Shown piece after piece: positions 51,329 through 63,831 of a stretch of 64,000 nucleotides of DNA. Source of the stretch: Mesotaenium endlicherianum. Taxonomy: Eukaryota. The translations under genes were made by a program, and so were the position numbers. Every line of letters starts with the position of its first letter. Within the stretch, counting starts at the first letter, position 1. The notes below the pieces were generated by a model. It made no database searches, was not told the origin of the DNA, and worked only from the letters and a program-made list of their open reading frames with translations. The stretch lies in contig WELA01002297.1 of assembly GCA_009602735.1 (NCBI GenBank), forward strand, positions 514,805 through 578,804, written 5' to 3'.

Positions 51329-52590
51329 TGTCGCGACTGCTATCCACTTGACGGTGCCGCACGCGCCGCGCAAGTCACGGCCGCCCAGGTACGGAAAGTC
51401 AGGGTTGACGCACCGACCAAAGGACTGAATTATCTCAGTCAGCGATTATGTCAAAGTCGTTATCATTGTCAAAGTGGTCACGACACGTCGAACCCCACAC
51501 CCAAAGATGGATGGGGATTTGGACGGAGTAGTCAGCCGAAAGGCTAGGGGCCTGGGACCAGCAATGAGCCAGCCCAACAAGTGCCAAGGAAGGTACTGAT
51601 CAATCGGCTATCTAAGCCAAGTACAGCAGGGATGTTGCAGAGGCCTTGTGTGCCACTTCGGCCAAGACCCTCGAGTGATTAGCCACGGCTTGAGCGTTCA
51701 TCTCAAACGCTGCCAGCCGCCAGCCACATAGGCGTAATTGCCAACTGAAAGGCTACGCAGTCACGCGCGACAGTCACAAGGCGTGCATGCACTTTGAGTG
51801 ACAACTTCTAAAGCTGTTTAAGGGCTGCTAGGTAAGGACGGCATACAAGTTAGGGGCTGTGACTAAGCACTGGCATTCTCGAGAGAGGAAAATGTGAGGT
51901 GCCTGCGAAAGGTACGAGTCTTGGCTGAAGCTGCCTCATTCTTGCTCGCATCGTTGTCAAGGACGCCGAAGGAGCAGGTACAAAAGGAAAGGAGAAGAAG
52001 GAGCGCGAAGAAGAAGGAGTTCCCAAGGCCACAGGAGAGCCGAGACGCCACGCTTCTGCCGACGCTGGACGATTTCTTCTCAGTGTATCATAGAAAGGTT
52101 AGACCTTAGGAGTTTCCAAGAGGGGATCTTGCTGGTAGAAAGTAGAGAGCTAAAGAATAGAATCTGTCAAGAGATTAGCACAGATTCGGGTCAAACACCA
52201 CAAGCGTGTGAAAGTCACTTAAAACGGTGAGTGCTGTGTTAGTTTCTAAGTTCTCAGAAGTCTCAATTGTCGAATTGCTGATAGCAAGAGTAGTATTAAC
52301 AAGTAAAGCTCTCAGTAAAGAACTGAGTGAGCCCAGCCAAGCAGTGAAGAACTGTTGGCGCGATGTTGAGCGAAGAGCTTAGACCAGGCCAGCATAGATG
52401 TGCAGTTTCAGAGTTTTGTAAGCTGTGACTTTGTGAAAGTCAAGCAAAAGTCCTGAAGGGCAACTTTCTTTGAATCTGGGATTGCCTGTTAAACTGCTTA
52501 AACGTGATTTCTGCAAACTACAAACTTGTTCATTCTGTAAACCCTCAACTTGGGCAAAGGCCTGCGTGGAAGTAAGACGCTTATGTCCTT
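51329..52590 (+). repeat. D2 repeat A2
   Basis: Starts TGTCGCGACTGC, exactly as the element 5' end at 35626. Confidence 0.92.
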
Positions 52591-52934
52591 GTAAGGGAAA
52601 CTGAGGATAAGCTAACTTTCAAAAATTTCTACTAAGTGTTGGTTGTGTGGAATGAGGAACTGGTTGAGCATGGGAAGCAATGAGTGTGGGATGCTTCACC
52701 GCATGATGCAAGTGCAGGAAGACCAGGAAATGGGTCAACCCCCAGCTAGTCTGTCACCGACACACGTGCAAAGGTCAATCAACGCGGGTGATTCCCCAAG
52801 TGCAATAACGCACCGACCAAGCGACCAGGGAATCTTCGTACGCGAGAAGGACCGCCGACACGTCGACCAGATTGAAGGTTCACGTGCTGAGAAGCCACGC
52901 ACCTGCCAGGGGTCCGACGCTGTTAGGCACGACA
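52591..52934 (+). repeat. D2 repeat B2 (3' terminus)
   Basis: Ends GCACGACA, followed by TSD CATC. Confidence 0.92.
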
Positions 52935-53740
52935 CATCTCGCTATCGTAAATTGTAGAAATGCTTATTGATTTTGATTTGAAGTCTTCACAGCGAGCACA
53001 TGGCCTCCTGTTCCATGGTCTGTCCAAATGCTCTGACTACAAGCGTCGCGATTTTGATACCCTTTCTCGCTTTTGAAATGGACGTTCGTCGACGCCGCAT
53101 GGATGATGACTCCGCAATATGAGAAAGTGTATGTCAAGTCCAGAAAGTTCAGATGACCTCCTGATGGCATTTGCGTTTTGACGTATTCTGTGCACTTTAC
53201 GTCATATTTCGATTCTACACTCAAATGGATAGCAAGCAGCCCGCCAAAAGAAAACCACAAAACGGGTCGAACTACAGAACGACACGTTGTACCGCGAGGT
53301 ACACTTGTGTTAGAGACACTTCCTAGTCAGCACGCAGTACGCTAATAACACCTGCGATTACTTCGCTCCTCATACCGATTACCACTTATACGAGTATCGT
53401 TAGGAGCAATACATACATACCGAAATAGTTGGACCTCAGATGGACGATACACCGTCCGATTAGATTCCCCTTAGACCTGACGACTAGATTCAGATAGTGA
53501 GGAACGCCGCCGCAGACAACCATAGAGACTATCGAAGTTCCTGAGTTGCCTACATAAGACAACTCCCGACCATTGTACATCATTCTATGCTCGGAAATCT
53601 AAGCTCGATTTTGACCGTCATTGTCATTACTTTGCGTCCTTTGCACTTGGGTACAATCGAATAGAATCTGAAACCAGCCCTAAACGATTTTGACGATCTG
53701 GCAAAAGTGGCCATGAAAAGCAATGAAATGTAGCGAACCT

Positions 53741-53905
53741 TCGATGCACGGGTTGTCTAGAGAGAATTCGTCAAGAGAGTGAGGCGAAGCTGGAAGCACG
53801 GGTTGTTTTAGGATTGGCCAAGAGTGTGAGTAAAAATTGGAAGCACGGGTTGTCTTGGAAACATTGGCCACGAGAGTGAGTCGAAGCTGGAAGCACGGGT
53901 TGTAA
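53741..53905. repeat. Minisatellite, about 50-bp unit, 3-4 copies
   Basis: Core GCACGGGTTGT at 53746, 53796, 53843 and 53893. Confidence 0.85.
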
Positions 53906-54047
53906 AAGAGCACCAGGGGGTATGGTGTGCCCGCTAGTAATCGTATGGTTGTGACCCTTTGAGTTCACGCATGTGTGACAGTTTGGTAGGATGGGGAGCT
54001 GCGTGCTCAGCTTATTGAGCTCTTCATTCGACTGATTGATGTGAAGT

Positions 54048-57000
54048 ATGGGTGGTGTGAGAAGTGATCATCGGAGGCCACAATGGTGGAGTAAAAGGTG
54101 GCTTTCAAGGATATCGCTTGGTTTGCTGGTCTTCCTTATTAGTATCAATTTACTGTCGCTGTTTCTTGGAACCTCGTTACTTCGTCTCGGAACGGGCATA
54201 CAGCATAAGGGTACTAGCTCAAGTGAGAACACTCTGTCCTTAATGCAGCATAGATGGGGAAATGCAACTAGTATAAAGTTGGCAATCTTATCAGTTTACC
54301 CTCCGCAGCTTAACGGCATCGGAGAATGGACGTACGACTTGATCCACAGTGGGTTTAAGGTACATTTAATTCTCCCGTTTAGTCATTCGTCGCTCTTTTG
54401 GTACTTGAATGAAGGGGGTTGCGGGATAATGTTTCACGCTGTAGTTAGTGAGATTCATGTGTACGTGACCTTCAACTGATATTATTGCTTGCTGAAACTC
54501 CAGCATGTCTGCTCAGAGCGAGATTGGTGTCCTCTTGAGGTGGAAGTTATAGCTCTGGACATGGAACTGCGCTACCCCAAGTAAGAAACAGTAGGCTGAG
54601 GGTCAGTCTCTGGTTTTTGGATGAGCTATGTGTTAATGCTTCTAGCACACAGTCAAAGTCTGTGATCCAGTTACCGCTACCATGCTGTCCTGCTGGTCCG
54701 CTTTTGACTAGCCGTTTTGCGACAGCGTCATTCTAGTTCTCTCACTGGCACTTATGTACCTTGCAGATACCCGGTGGAGGTGCGTATGAGAGTGCGCAGG
54801 GGTTGTCTAACTGACTACTATGATGCTGCTGACTATATCAACACTCATTTTGATGTACTCAACATTCAGCATGAGTTTGGCTGGTTTGCTGGGCCGAAGA
54901 AGGATGACTACCTCTTCAAGTTCTGGGATAGGATAAAGTAAGTGCCCTGCAATGGCCTCCTTTGGTACCCTTTCGTTCTGGCACTCGGGAGGGCCAGCCG
55001 GGGTGACGAGACCATGGAATCGCTGGCTGCTGTCTGGGTAGATGCTGTGGCACAGAGGGGGAAGTTAGTTGGCAACTGTTGACGGGGTTCAGGGTCTTAG
55101 GTTTTTTGCTGAAAGAGATCCCAGGGTTGTCATGGAGGCGGGGCCCGGGGAGGAGGGATGATACACTCATACCACTCGTCATGCGTGGCGTCTCTGCCTG
55201 TGCACTTTAGGATCCCAGTGAGCGTAAACTTTCACACAGTCATGGGGTGGAAGGCGGACTATCTGGACGTGGAGGTCAGAACCCACAGCCTGGAGGTCCT
55301 CCGACGGGCGGACCACGTGACGCACTTCATGCCGCAGCTGTGCGACTTCCACCACACCTTGGACCCCGGCGTTCCTTGCAGGTCAGTCGGGGCTTTGGCT
55401 GCTGCCCTCTTACTTGCCAGCGGCCGCGCTTGTAGTCATCCTAGTCTAACAGAACCCCCCGGCACGCATCGCGATGCCAGCTGCGATGAGGCCGTGTGGG
55501 TTTGGGAATGGGGGTTTAAGCCGTGAGCGTGGGTGGGTGGCCGGGCGGGCGGGTGGGGAGCGTGCTGTCGCAGCCATGTGCCTCATGGCTATAAGCCGGG
55601 AGTCCCTCACGTGGCGACGTTCAGAAGGCAGCTGGGGAAGCGGTTCGAGAAGCGCAGGCTCATCGTGAGCCTGGGCTTCATCGGGCCCGACAAGGGCTTC
55701 CACTTCATGATTAAAGCCATGGGCGCCGTCGCCCGCCATCATCCATCGGCCCTCTACGTCATCGTGGGAGGCTACGCCCCGGGCTACGACGGCTCCTACT
55801 TCAAGTCCTTGCAGGAGGAGGTTCTGAGAACCAACCTGTCGGATCACGTTTACCTGGTCACAGGTCAGCCGCTCTCGCTTGGATATGCGTGGCCTGGGAT
55901 TGCCTGGGATTCATCTTCCTGTCCCTCCCTCTTCCCCTCTCGGAACGTCGTAAGTTTACGGTGTCGTGTGGGGGGAGGGGGGAGTATCAGGGACAAACCT
56001 TGCAAAGCAGGAGGTGTTCCAGTGGATTGCGCTGGCCACCGTCGTGGTAGCCCCTCACACGTGGCGCCACCAGGTCTCGTCGGGAACTCTGGCCATGGGC
56101 ATGGGCCTGGGCAAGGCAGTGGTCACCTCCGCCTTCCCTTTCGCCGAGGTGAGCACGTGCAAGAGCCCTCCCAGGCCAGCCTGGCTGCGGCTGCTTCTGC
56201 TGCTGCTGCTGCTGCTGTGTGATTTAAGGATCTGGTTGAGCTGTCCTCTCTTCTCTGCGGCAGGACTACATGTGCGCGCGAGATGTGCCTATAGTGGATG
56301 AGGCTATATTGACCACAGGACGTGGAGGGAGCACGTCGAGAGCCCCGAGGAAGACGAGGGCACAGCAGCATGAGAAGGAGGACGGCACCTCGGCAAGGTA
56401 ACAGATGCTCCAGACGGGCTGGGAGGACCCCGGGGCGTGTGGGGGCATCGTCCTGGGACGTTGATCTGATGATATCAAGCTGCGCCCGCTGCTGTGGGCG
56501 GGTGGGGGTTGGTTGGGTGTTGGGTTGGTTGGGGGGGATGGGTTGGGGGGGGAGGTGGCGGGCGACTCAGGCCGTGCTGGACGGTGCCCTTCATGGAGGA
56601 CGGTAGCGTCAGCGTGGAAGGCCTGGCCACCACCGTCTCGGTGCTCCTGTCGGACTCCCAGCTGCTGCGCCAGTCGGAGCGCCTGGCCCTGGCGCGGGTG
56701 CAGGGTGCCAGCTGGGAAGACATCGCAGTGCGTTACACTAAGATATACAGGTACGCCGCCAGCAGCCGGCAGTAGCAGCCTGTGCAACCGCGTCTGAAGC
56801 ACCTCCTATTCCTCGCCTGACTCTCTCTTCTGACTTGCGAACCTGATCTGGATTGGGTGCATGGCAGTCGGCTGTTGCAGCAGGAAGGGGGGGCCGCCAC
56901 GGAGGGGGAACGGGAGAGCCTCAGCATCTCGGGGTGGGACGCTGCAGACCTAAAGCAGGCAGCGCTGGCGAGTGCATGGACCGCGCTGAGCCCTGAACTG

Positions 57001-59206
57001 CGGTCGCGCAAGTGGCGCGGCCCGCCCTCGTGGCACCGCCGCTTCGTACCGCTCTCCGTGCACGCAGTTGCTGCCGCCGCCGTGGACGTGCACGGCCCTG
57101 TGGGTCCCCCTGCGGCCATTGCTCTCCTCACGGAAAGATTTTCGCATGGGCCGCTGCTGTTCTCGCGCTGGATCCCCGCGGCTGCTGCCCCCAAGGACAC
57201 CTCCCCAGGTGCTACTTCTTCCTTTTCCTAGAAGCTTCAGGTCTTGACAACTGCATGTCGTTCATTTACGGGCTATTTGTACCGCCAGGTGGCCCAGCGC
57301 GAGCTTCATTGCATGGTCAGCATTGGGTCGGGCACTGAGGAAGGTCTGTATGTACGCTGTGCTGTTGTCGAGTCTGGCATGGGGCAGAGAGCAAGTGGGT
57401 GGACCTGTACGAGTTTGGGCAGTTCTACGCCACCAACGGCCTCCTGACGCTGTACGGGAATTTGGCCAGAGGCAGGATTGTGCACGCCGTGCTCGAGGAG
57501 GGCTTGCTGTTTGGCTACGGCGTCGTGTGCCAGTTCGGAATCACGTACAGCTTCGAGGACTCGTTCTATCGCGCCTACATCGATAAGCCCGAGGTGAGGT
57601 CACTGGGGGCACCCAGCACCAGCAGCTGCACTCCCGGCCCTGCTGCTGGTGGTCCGTCATTTGAGGATTGTCATTGAGTGGCATGGTAAATGCAGGCACG
57701 GCCAATGTGTGCGCGCGAGCGAACCCACGGCATTGGATATGAATTGGCGGTTGGGTGGCAGGGGGGCACGTGGGGATCCAACGACCTCGCTGTGTGGATC
57801 TCCGTGCCGCTCAAGGGCTCTGGGGACAGCGTGATTGGGTTCTACTGCGTCACTCTCAGCTTCACCCCGCACAGCCTGGCTCTCACGGCGGAGCACCTGG
57901 TGACAGCTGCGCAGGGCGTCAAGGTGACTTGACGCCGCCGACACGTTGAACGTGCTTGCTGCCCTTACTTGCTGGGGGGGCGTAGGTCTGCAGTTGTTGG
58001 ATAGAGATGCTGGCGGGCGCACAGTCTGTCCTCCAGAAACGTGCAGGAGAGCACCTGCTGTCAGCTCTGGCACCCTCACATCTGCAGCACTAGTGCGTTG
58101 TTGTCATGGCAATGACAGCTGGAGCGAGTGGAAGTGACGTCCAAAGTTCACTACGACGACGAGCTGCCCAGGCACCGCCACTTTTACGCGTTCAGGGGCG
58201 GCACAAAAGTGTCCAGCCACGCACCGTTGCTGCTATCTACTGACCTTATCTATGATAGCTCTCGCGATGAAAGCTTCACGTGGGATGTAGTAACTAACAG
58301 GTATGAGCAAGCTTTGTCCCCTGCCTCAGAGTGTATCAATGCTTGCTCTCCTGGCACGTCCGCTGCTTTCAAGATTGCTCCTGATGTGGTGACGGGGGTT
58401 GGCATGGCCTTCGTTATGCATGCGCTTTGGGGACTCGGGAGCTAGTGTTGAGGGTTGTGATCCTAGTTCCATGCCGCCAGCAGGTATTGATGACACTCGT
58501 GTTGTTTGAGTGTGTACAGGCACGGTGATCATGGATTGTTCACGGTGCTGCCAAATGCGAGTGCCATTCTCCGGTACATCACGTACGAGGCGAGGCAGGA
58601 GTCTGCTGACTTTCTGCACATCGACCATAGATATGTCCTCCAGGTTCCTTTCCAGTCGTCGATCCGTTTTACGGTGAGGCATACGGGTAGCCCCCTCGGA
58701 ATGAAATGCACGATTTGTTCAGACGCTCAAGGGCTGTGCTCATTATGATGAGAAAGGTTGACAGGTAGTGTATTGTGGTACGAAGTTGAGGAAGCCATGA
58801 TGGCACTTAACCTGGGTTTCAGCTCTCAGGTGTTGAATACTTGACTATTTGGCAAGTACATGCAATGTCACTGTGTTGGGATCGACCATTGAGCTTTGCA
58901 TGAGCTCCTTCTCTTTTGCAGGAAACGAAGTACATGATGTCAAAGATTCAAGTGATGAGTCTGGAGGCGTACGGCCAGGTGTTTGCCAACGACACAGAGT
59001 ATGCCGGTTTCGATCTCTCAAGTCCCAAAGATGTGTATCCTATACTTGACATTGTGACCATGTATGCTAAGGGAACAGAAGACAAACATCATAGGAGGGT
59101 TCTTAACGACTGGCTTGCTGCACACGAATTTCTGCCAGATAGAGGCATAGACTTGGGCCACCACACTTGTATGACATCCCAAGTGAACGACCCAGCTTCT
59201 ATTTGA
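54048..59206 (+). CDS. Multi-exon host gene: N-terminal membrane anchor, GT4 (GT-B) glycosyltransferase, and an uncharacterised C-terminal region
   Basis: GT-AG exons that join in frame: 54048-54359, 54504-54580, 54767-54937, 55211-55381, 55574-55863, 55991-56148, 56264-56397, 56571-56750. Motifs LSVYPP...GIGEW, IQHEFG, FHTV, VPHG, LGFIGPDKG, QVSSGTL...GKAVVTS. Downstream exons to 59206 are less certain. Confidence 0.72.
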
Positions 59207-60015
59207 TAGGCAGTTTTTTCCAGTATTATCTTTTGATTGAGTGTACAACGCAGTCTTCTTAAGATGATCTGGTTTTGTTCTGTCGTTTTGTTGCGCTTTG
59301 AAGTGGACTCAGTTGATGGCAGTTATGCATGATATTGTACATTCTTTTTCCGAAGTAGCAAGGTATGTTAAGAGTACGTACACACAGCCACACATTCTAC
59401 GATATCTCCCTCTCGTGATTTCATTCTCATAAGATGGTTGCCACGAGCCGATCCTTCGTGCCAATATTTGGCAATGGAGATTCGAGAATGAAAAGTATGA
59501 AGTAAAGTGCTCCGTGAACTATTTGTTAGTACAATCGTTATCACCATGTATAGTACCACTTCATGAGTTATTGAACACACATCAAAACTATGACTATATG
59601 TGTAAGTTGTGAACCGAGAGGTTATGTCGATTGAGACTTGTCGAGTCTTGCTCACCACATGGGTTGTGGGGACAAAGAAGCATGCGACTTGCACAAAGCA
59701 ACCGGCGGTCTTTTAACTTCTCAACCAACTGAAGGTGGCGCCCACAATTGCTGCCAAGGAGCACGCAAAGACATCATAAGAGGAGTTCAAGTCCTCGGTG
59801 AAGAATCTTACTCTGGAGCTAGTGGTTGTAGGAAAGAAAGTTGTTGGATGCACATGTTGTCTTGCATAAAAGGTCAAGCTTGCTGAAATAATAAATGACT
59901 AAGTGATAAGAGTCTCTTTATAGGCTTTGCGGCAATGATGAAGGATGGTTTGAATGCGGTCGTTGCAATAATGCCATATCATGCGCGCTTCCGCAAATTA
60001 ACAATACCCACAAGT

Positions 60016-60592
60016 CAAATGAAAGTAACGAGCATCAATCATGGAACCAGTAAATTCATACATAAGCAAGGTTGGTAAGCAATCCATGTAATGGCTTGCT
60101 ACCTTGAATTTAAATGTCCTCTCAATAGTCTGGACAGAGAGTTGGCCTCGTTTCCGAATGCCGAACTCAATGGCGATACCTAGCATATGTACATGGAATG
60201 ATTTTACTTTTCAGCGGCACGTGTGATAGTACCGCTTACTCGGCAGTTAACTATGTTGGTAGGACCTCAGCTTACCAAATCTACAGCCATCTCCCATCAT
60301 CCCAAATCGCCATCCGCTTAAGGCGTCATCTGGCCATTCATCTAGCATTCACACTTAGATGCATTACTAGGCAGTTCGCTAGTGCCGCTTGAGGCGGTCA
60401 CCTGCTTGTCAAAGAATTGGTCAGCAAGCTGGCTTAAGTTGACTTCAGCCTGCAGCAGTCGGTTGAGGCATTATATTGAACTTATTTAAAAGTCTAATAA
60501 ACTCAACATTAATTGAAGTTCAATATAGTAAACAAATTTAAGTATTATATCTAAATCGAATATCACATCTACCAATATATTGATTCATTACA
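60016..60592 (-). repeat. Truncated F1-family LTR
   Basis: Homologous to about 4500-5075; ends GATTCATTACA. Confidence 0.85.
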
Positions 60593-61511
60593 CCAAGAAA
60601 GTTGAGACGTGACCTCCCGGATTAATTGTCAATCGTAGAATATTTGTATTAGTATTTTGGTGGTGGTCGTGGTTTGAAACATATTCGACAACTGGAAGCA
60701 CTGCTCTAAGGGGTTCTTGAAAGTCCATTGCATTTGGCGTAACCTGGGAATGCAATGTGAGTGGAAAATTGACGGAGTGAGATTATAGAGCAGGTTGTGC
60801 AAAGGGAGGCGACAGCTATGGGAGTTAGTCACCATTTGCAGGTGCACATAAGCAAGTGTCTCCCACTTCTTGAAGTGGTTTAGCGTAGATGGCACTCTGA
60901 GTTGACACAGAGGAGGTGGACAGTACGACCGCGCAAATTGAGAAACATTGAAGCATATTGTGAGCATTACTCGTTTTGAGCGGGTGCGTTGCCACGATGG
61001 GTGACTCCCATGCACAAGCTCAACCTTGTGATCTCTTAGGTGGATGTCTCGGGGGCAATTATTTTCCACATCAGCATATTGAGCAACAATTTTTGTTGCT
61101 AAGATGCTCCAAAGGGCCTACCTGCTTCTCACTGACCTCATCAAGCTGATCAGGCACCTCATTGAGCAAGAGCAAAAACCAGCACATTCTTGTTTGCCTT
61201 CTGGTTCCGTATGTTGACAAAATGCAACGTTTAGCACTTTGCATCCTCCTAGAAGTCTTGGTTTTCCTTTCATATGCCATTTATACAGCGCAAGAGGAGA
61301 AGCACTAGTGGGAGTTGACTTTAGTCTGCTATCACAAGCTTCTCTCATTTTAATTGTACCTCCGCTCCCATAAACTTCAGCTTGATGTTCATTAAGCCAG
61401 GGTCTGTCTACCTAGCACAAGATTGCAGAAGCAAATGTTGACTACCTCAAGGTCAACTTTTCAATGACTAGTGCATTTCGAGAACCTCACTGATTTTGAA
61501 TAGACTTGGTT

Positions 61512-62009
61512 TGTAACGATCCGCCACGTGGCCGGATGTGGCGCGTGCGACACGTCGCGGAATGCAACCGAAAGTGTCGGTTTGAATGTAATTAAGTACA
61601 ATTGCTGCGCAATCAAAGTACCTCGAGTTACCTTTTCGTTCATATCGTTACATTGGTATCGGAGCACAAACTTACGCAACCGTGTCCTAGAGACCAGGGT
61701 TCATATTTCAATGAGCACAAGGGTGCTCCAGGCGGTGCGAGGTTGGTCGATGGTACGACTGCATGGCCATCTTTCAATTGTACGAAGAAATGATACTATC
61801 CCGAAACAACGTCCCTCGCGCCGCCGCGGCCTAAGTGCACGAGACGTGCACACTTGTGGGTGGGAGGAGTGTGACGATCCGCCACGTGGCCGGATGCGGC
61901 GCGTGCAACACGTTGCCGAATGCAACCGAAAGTGTCCATCTGAATGTGTATATGTAAATTGGCGCGTGATCAAAGTATCCCAAGTTACCTTTCTAATTGT
62001 ATCGTTACA
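61512..62009 (+). mobile_element. TRIM (terminal-repeat retrotransposon in miniature), 498 bp
   Basis: LTRs 61512-61652 and 61870-62009 (TGTAACGAT...ATCGTTACA), PBS TGGTATCGGAGC at 61654-61665, PPT GGGTGGGAGGAG at 61858-61869, non-coding interior, degenerate TSD. Confidence 0.9.
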
Positions 62010-62742
62010 TGTTACAATTCCTATCGAGATACATGAGGCATCCCCAAGAGAAAAATATATTCCCTTGGTTGACTCTAGGCAGTCTTAGTCATTGAACTAG
62101 GTTTTTATGGATGAGGGTATGTGAGGCTCCTCCGTCTACAAATGGTTTTATCTTCCTACCACTCATACAACGCAGTTGAATTGGAGGAACGAACTCTTCC
62201 TTATTTTTTGCATTGTTCTCCTTACGTAGCAAAGAAATGTTGGACATTAGATCGAACAAGGCCATCTCGAGTGTGTTCTCTCTAAGAATCTATATTGCTG
62301 ATAATTTCCTATACCTAATCGTTAGATATGCATAATTATCCAGTTTAGGAATGCCAATAAAACATGCTAAGGGGGCAGCTATAACTTTACCTCTAGCATC
62401 CTCACAGTTACCGAATTGTTGATTAATGCTTCTATTAAAAGACTAATTCTTTTGAATGATCTTAGGCAGGTTATTCTTAGAAGATGCATCTCTATAAAAG
62501 TGTCTCTTTGTTGCCAGTGGTAGCAAATCAAGTATATACTAAGGCTAGTCTTGGCTTACATCTGCTACCACCTCTTTCATAAACTGCTCAAGAGTATAAT
62601 CGGTGAACTCTAGATTTCATAGCACAATACTCATACTCATAAAAAACCTAATCCTCTTCTTGGTCACCCTCAGCTTGGTCTTCTTTACTTCCATCTAAAA
62701 ATCCATGTGGCTTTTTGACAATCTTAGCCACAAACGTACTAC

Positions 62743-63831
62743 CAAGGTTATGCCATACGGCATATTAGCCCAATTTTTTGCTAATTAAGCGAACTAATTC
62801 CGCGTATAGCGTCCTAAGCGAACTTCAATCTATATTGAACACTAAATCAATTCATTTATGCAAAAGGAGGGGAGAGGTTCTTAAAATTTTGTTGTGGAAA
62901 TAATGTACCTTGTTCATTCTATAAGCCCATATATTTCTTAAAAATGTCATACCTATATGGATTATACACATTGCAAAATTTAAGGCAAAAAGTGCAGTGC
63001 GTACTTGTAAGGTCATAGGGTTACAAAGTGCATTTTTGAGTTTATTGATGATAGACTTTGAGTGCATGGAAGTGTAGAGTGCATGTTTTTGGTCATTTTG
63101 ATACAAAGTTCATTGAATTTGGCTAAGTATTGAGAAAGTTGAATTTTTGAAGTTTTTTAAGTTTTGAGGTCGGTTGACGACTGTTCTTAATTCGCGGTGA
63201 GCGCGACCGTCGGATTGACTGACAGCGTCGAGCGATCTGGCCCGTTAGAGTGAAAACTTCGACTGACGCGGAGTGCCGACTAGGTCAATTTACCTAGAAG
63301 TTTCAGATTACCCTAGCGAGTCTAAGTTAGTATATTCTAGACATTTTGATGCATGCATGTGGACGTCAAATCGGCTCGACACGTCAGATGAGACTGATCT
63401 GGCCTACTCACAAATATTTTGAAAGGGACGATTTGAAAAACACTAAGGAAAATCCGTTGCTAGGCGGCCCTCCCGCCTAGAGAGGACTTAGGTAAAAAAA
63501 CCATAAATAGGCATAACTTCCTCATTTCTTATTAGTTTTCACTTCTATAAATTTCTACGGGTTTGTAATGACGAGGCCTTATATCCTAGTTCATTTGTGA
63601 GCACTTTTTTACAACTCATAATGTTGAGTAATTTTTGTGAGCTTTCTAAGTGACAGGCCGTTGCACTCTTTAGTATGATTGCAACTAGTTCTTTTCCTCG
63701 TGAGTCACTACGCTTCCACTAGGGCACTCTGCCCCCTTCATTACTAAGCGTAGAAAGCCCTTCTTTTTGTACCAAATTAACAAAGTAGCGTATATATCGA
63801 ACTAAGCATATTAGCGTGCGGGGTAACCCTG
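62743..63831. mobile_element. Non-autonomous hAT-like element containing a solo LTR
   Basis: Ends CAAGGTTATGCC / GGGGTAACCCTG; flanks CGTACTAC / CAAACTAC (6/8); the host gag remnant resumes afterwards. Confidence 0.65.
63006..63740. mobile_element. Solo LTR, same family as 33779-34481
   Basis: TGTAAGG...CCCTTCA; flanks GTACT/TTACT. Confidence 0.85.

Larger units (their letters stand above)
35626..52934 (+). mobile_element. D2: DNMT/PHD Ty3/Gypsy-like element with split direct repeats and 4-bp TSD CATC; hosts C2
   Basis: TGTCG...CGACA termini; CATC at 35622-35625 and 52935-52938. A1 35626-~36572, B1 50986-51326, A2 51329-52590, B2 52591-52934. Degenerate gag, PR, DNMT, RT, RH, INT and PHD. 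Confidence 0.9.

Noticed and set aside
51329..52934. A2+B2 as an ordinary 3' LTR
   Set aside because: The PPT precedes B1 rather than A2, B1 would be unexplained, and in D1 the 5' copy lacks B.
50986..52934. B1-A2-B2 as a separate small LTR element inserted after pol
   Set aside because: A also forms the element's 5' end, the TSD spans A1 to B2, and D1 shows the same layout.
53741..53905. CRISPR-like periodic repeat
   Set aside because: The spacers resemble each other, the context is eukaryotic and there are no cas genes; it is a minisatellite.
61512..62009. Cassandra-type 5S rRNA in the TRIM LTRs
   Set aside because: No recognisable 5S A/C boxes.
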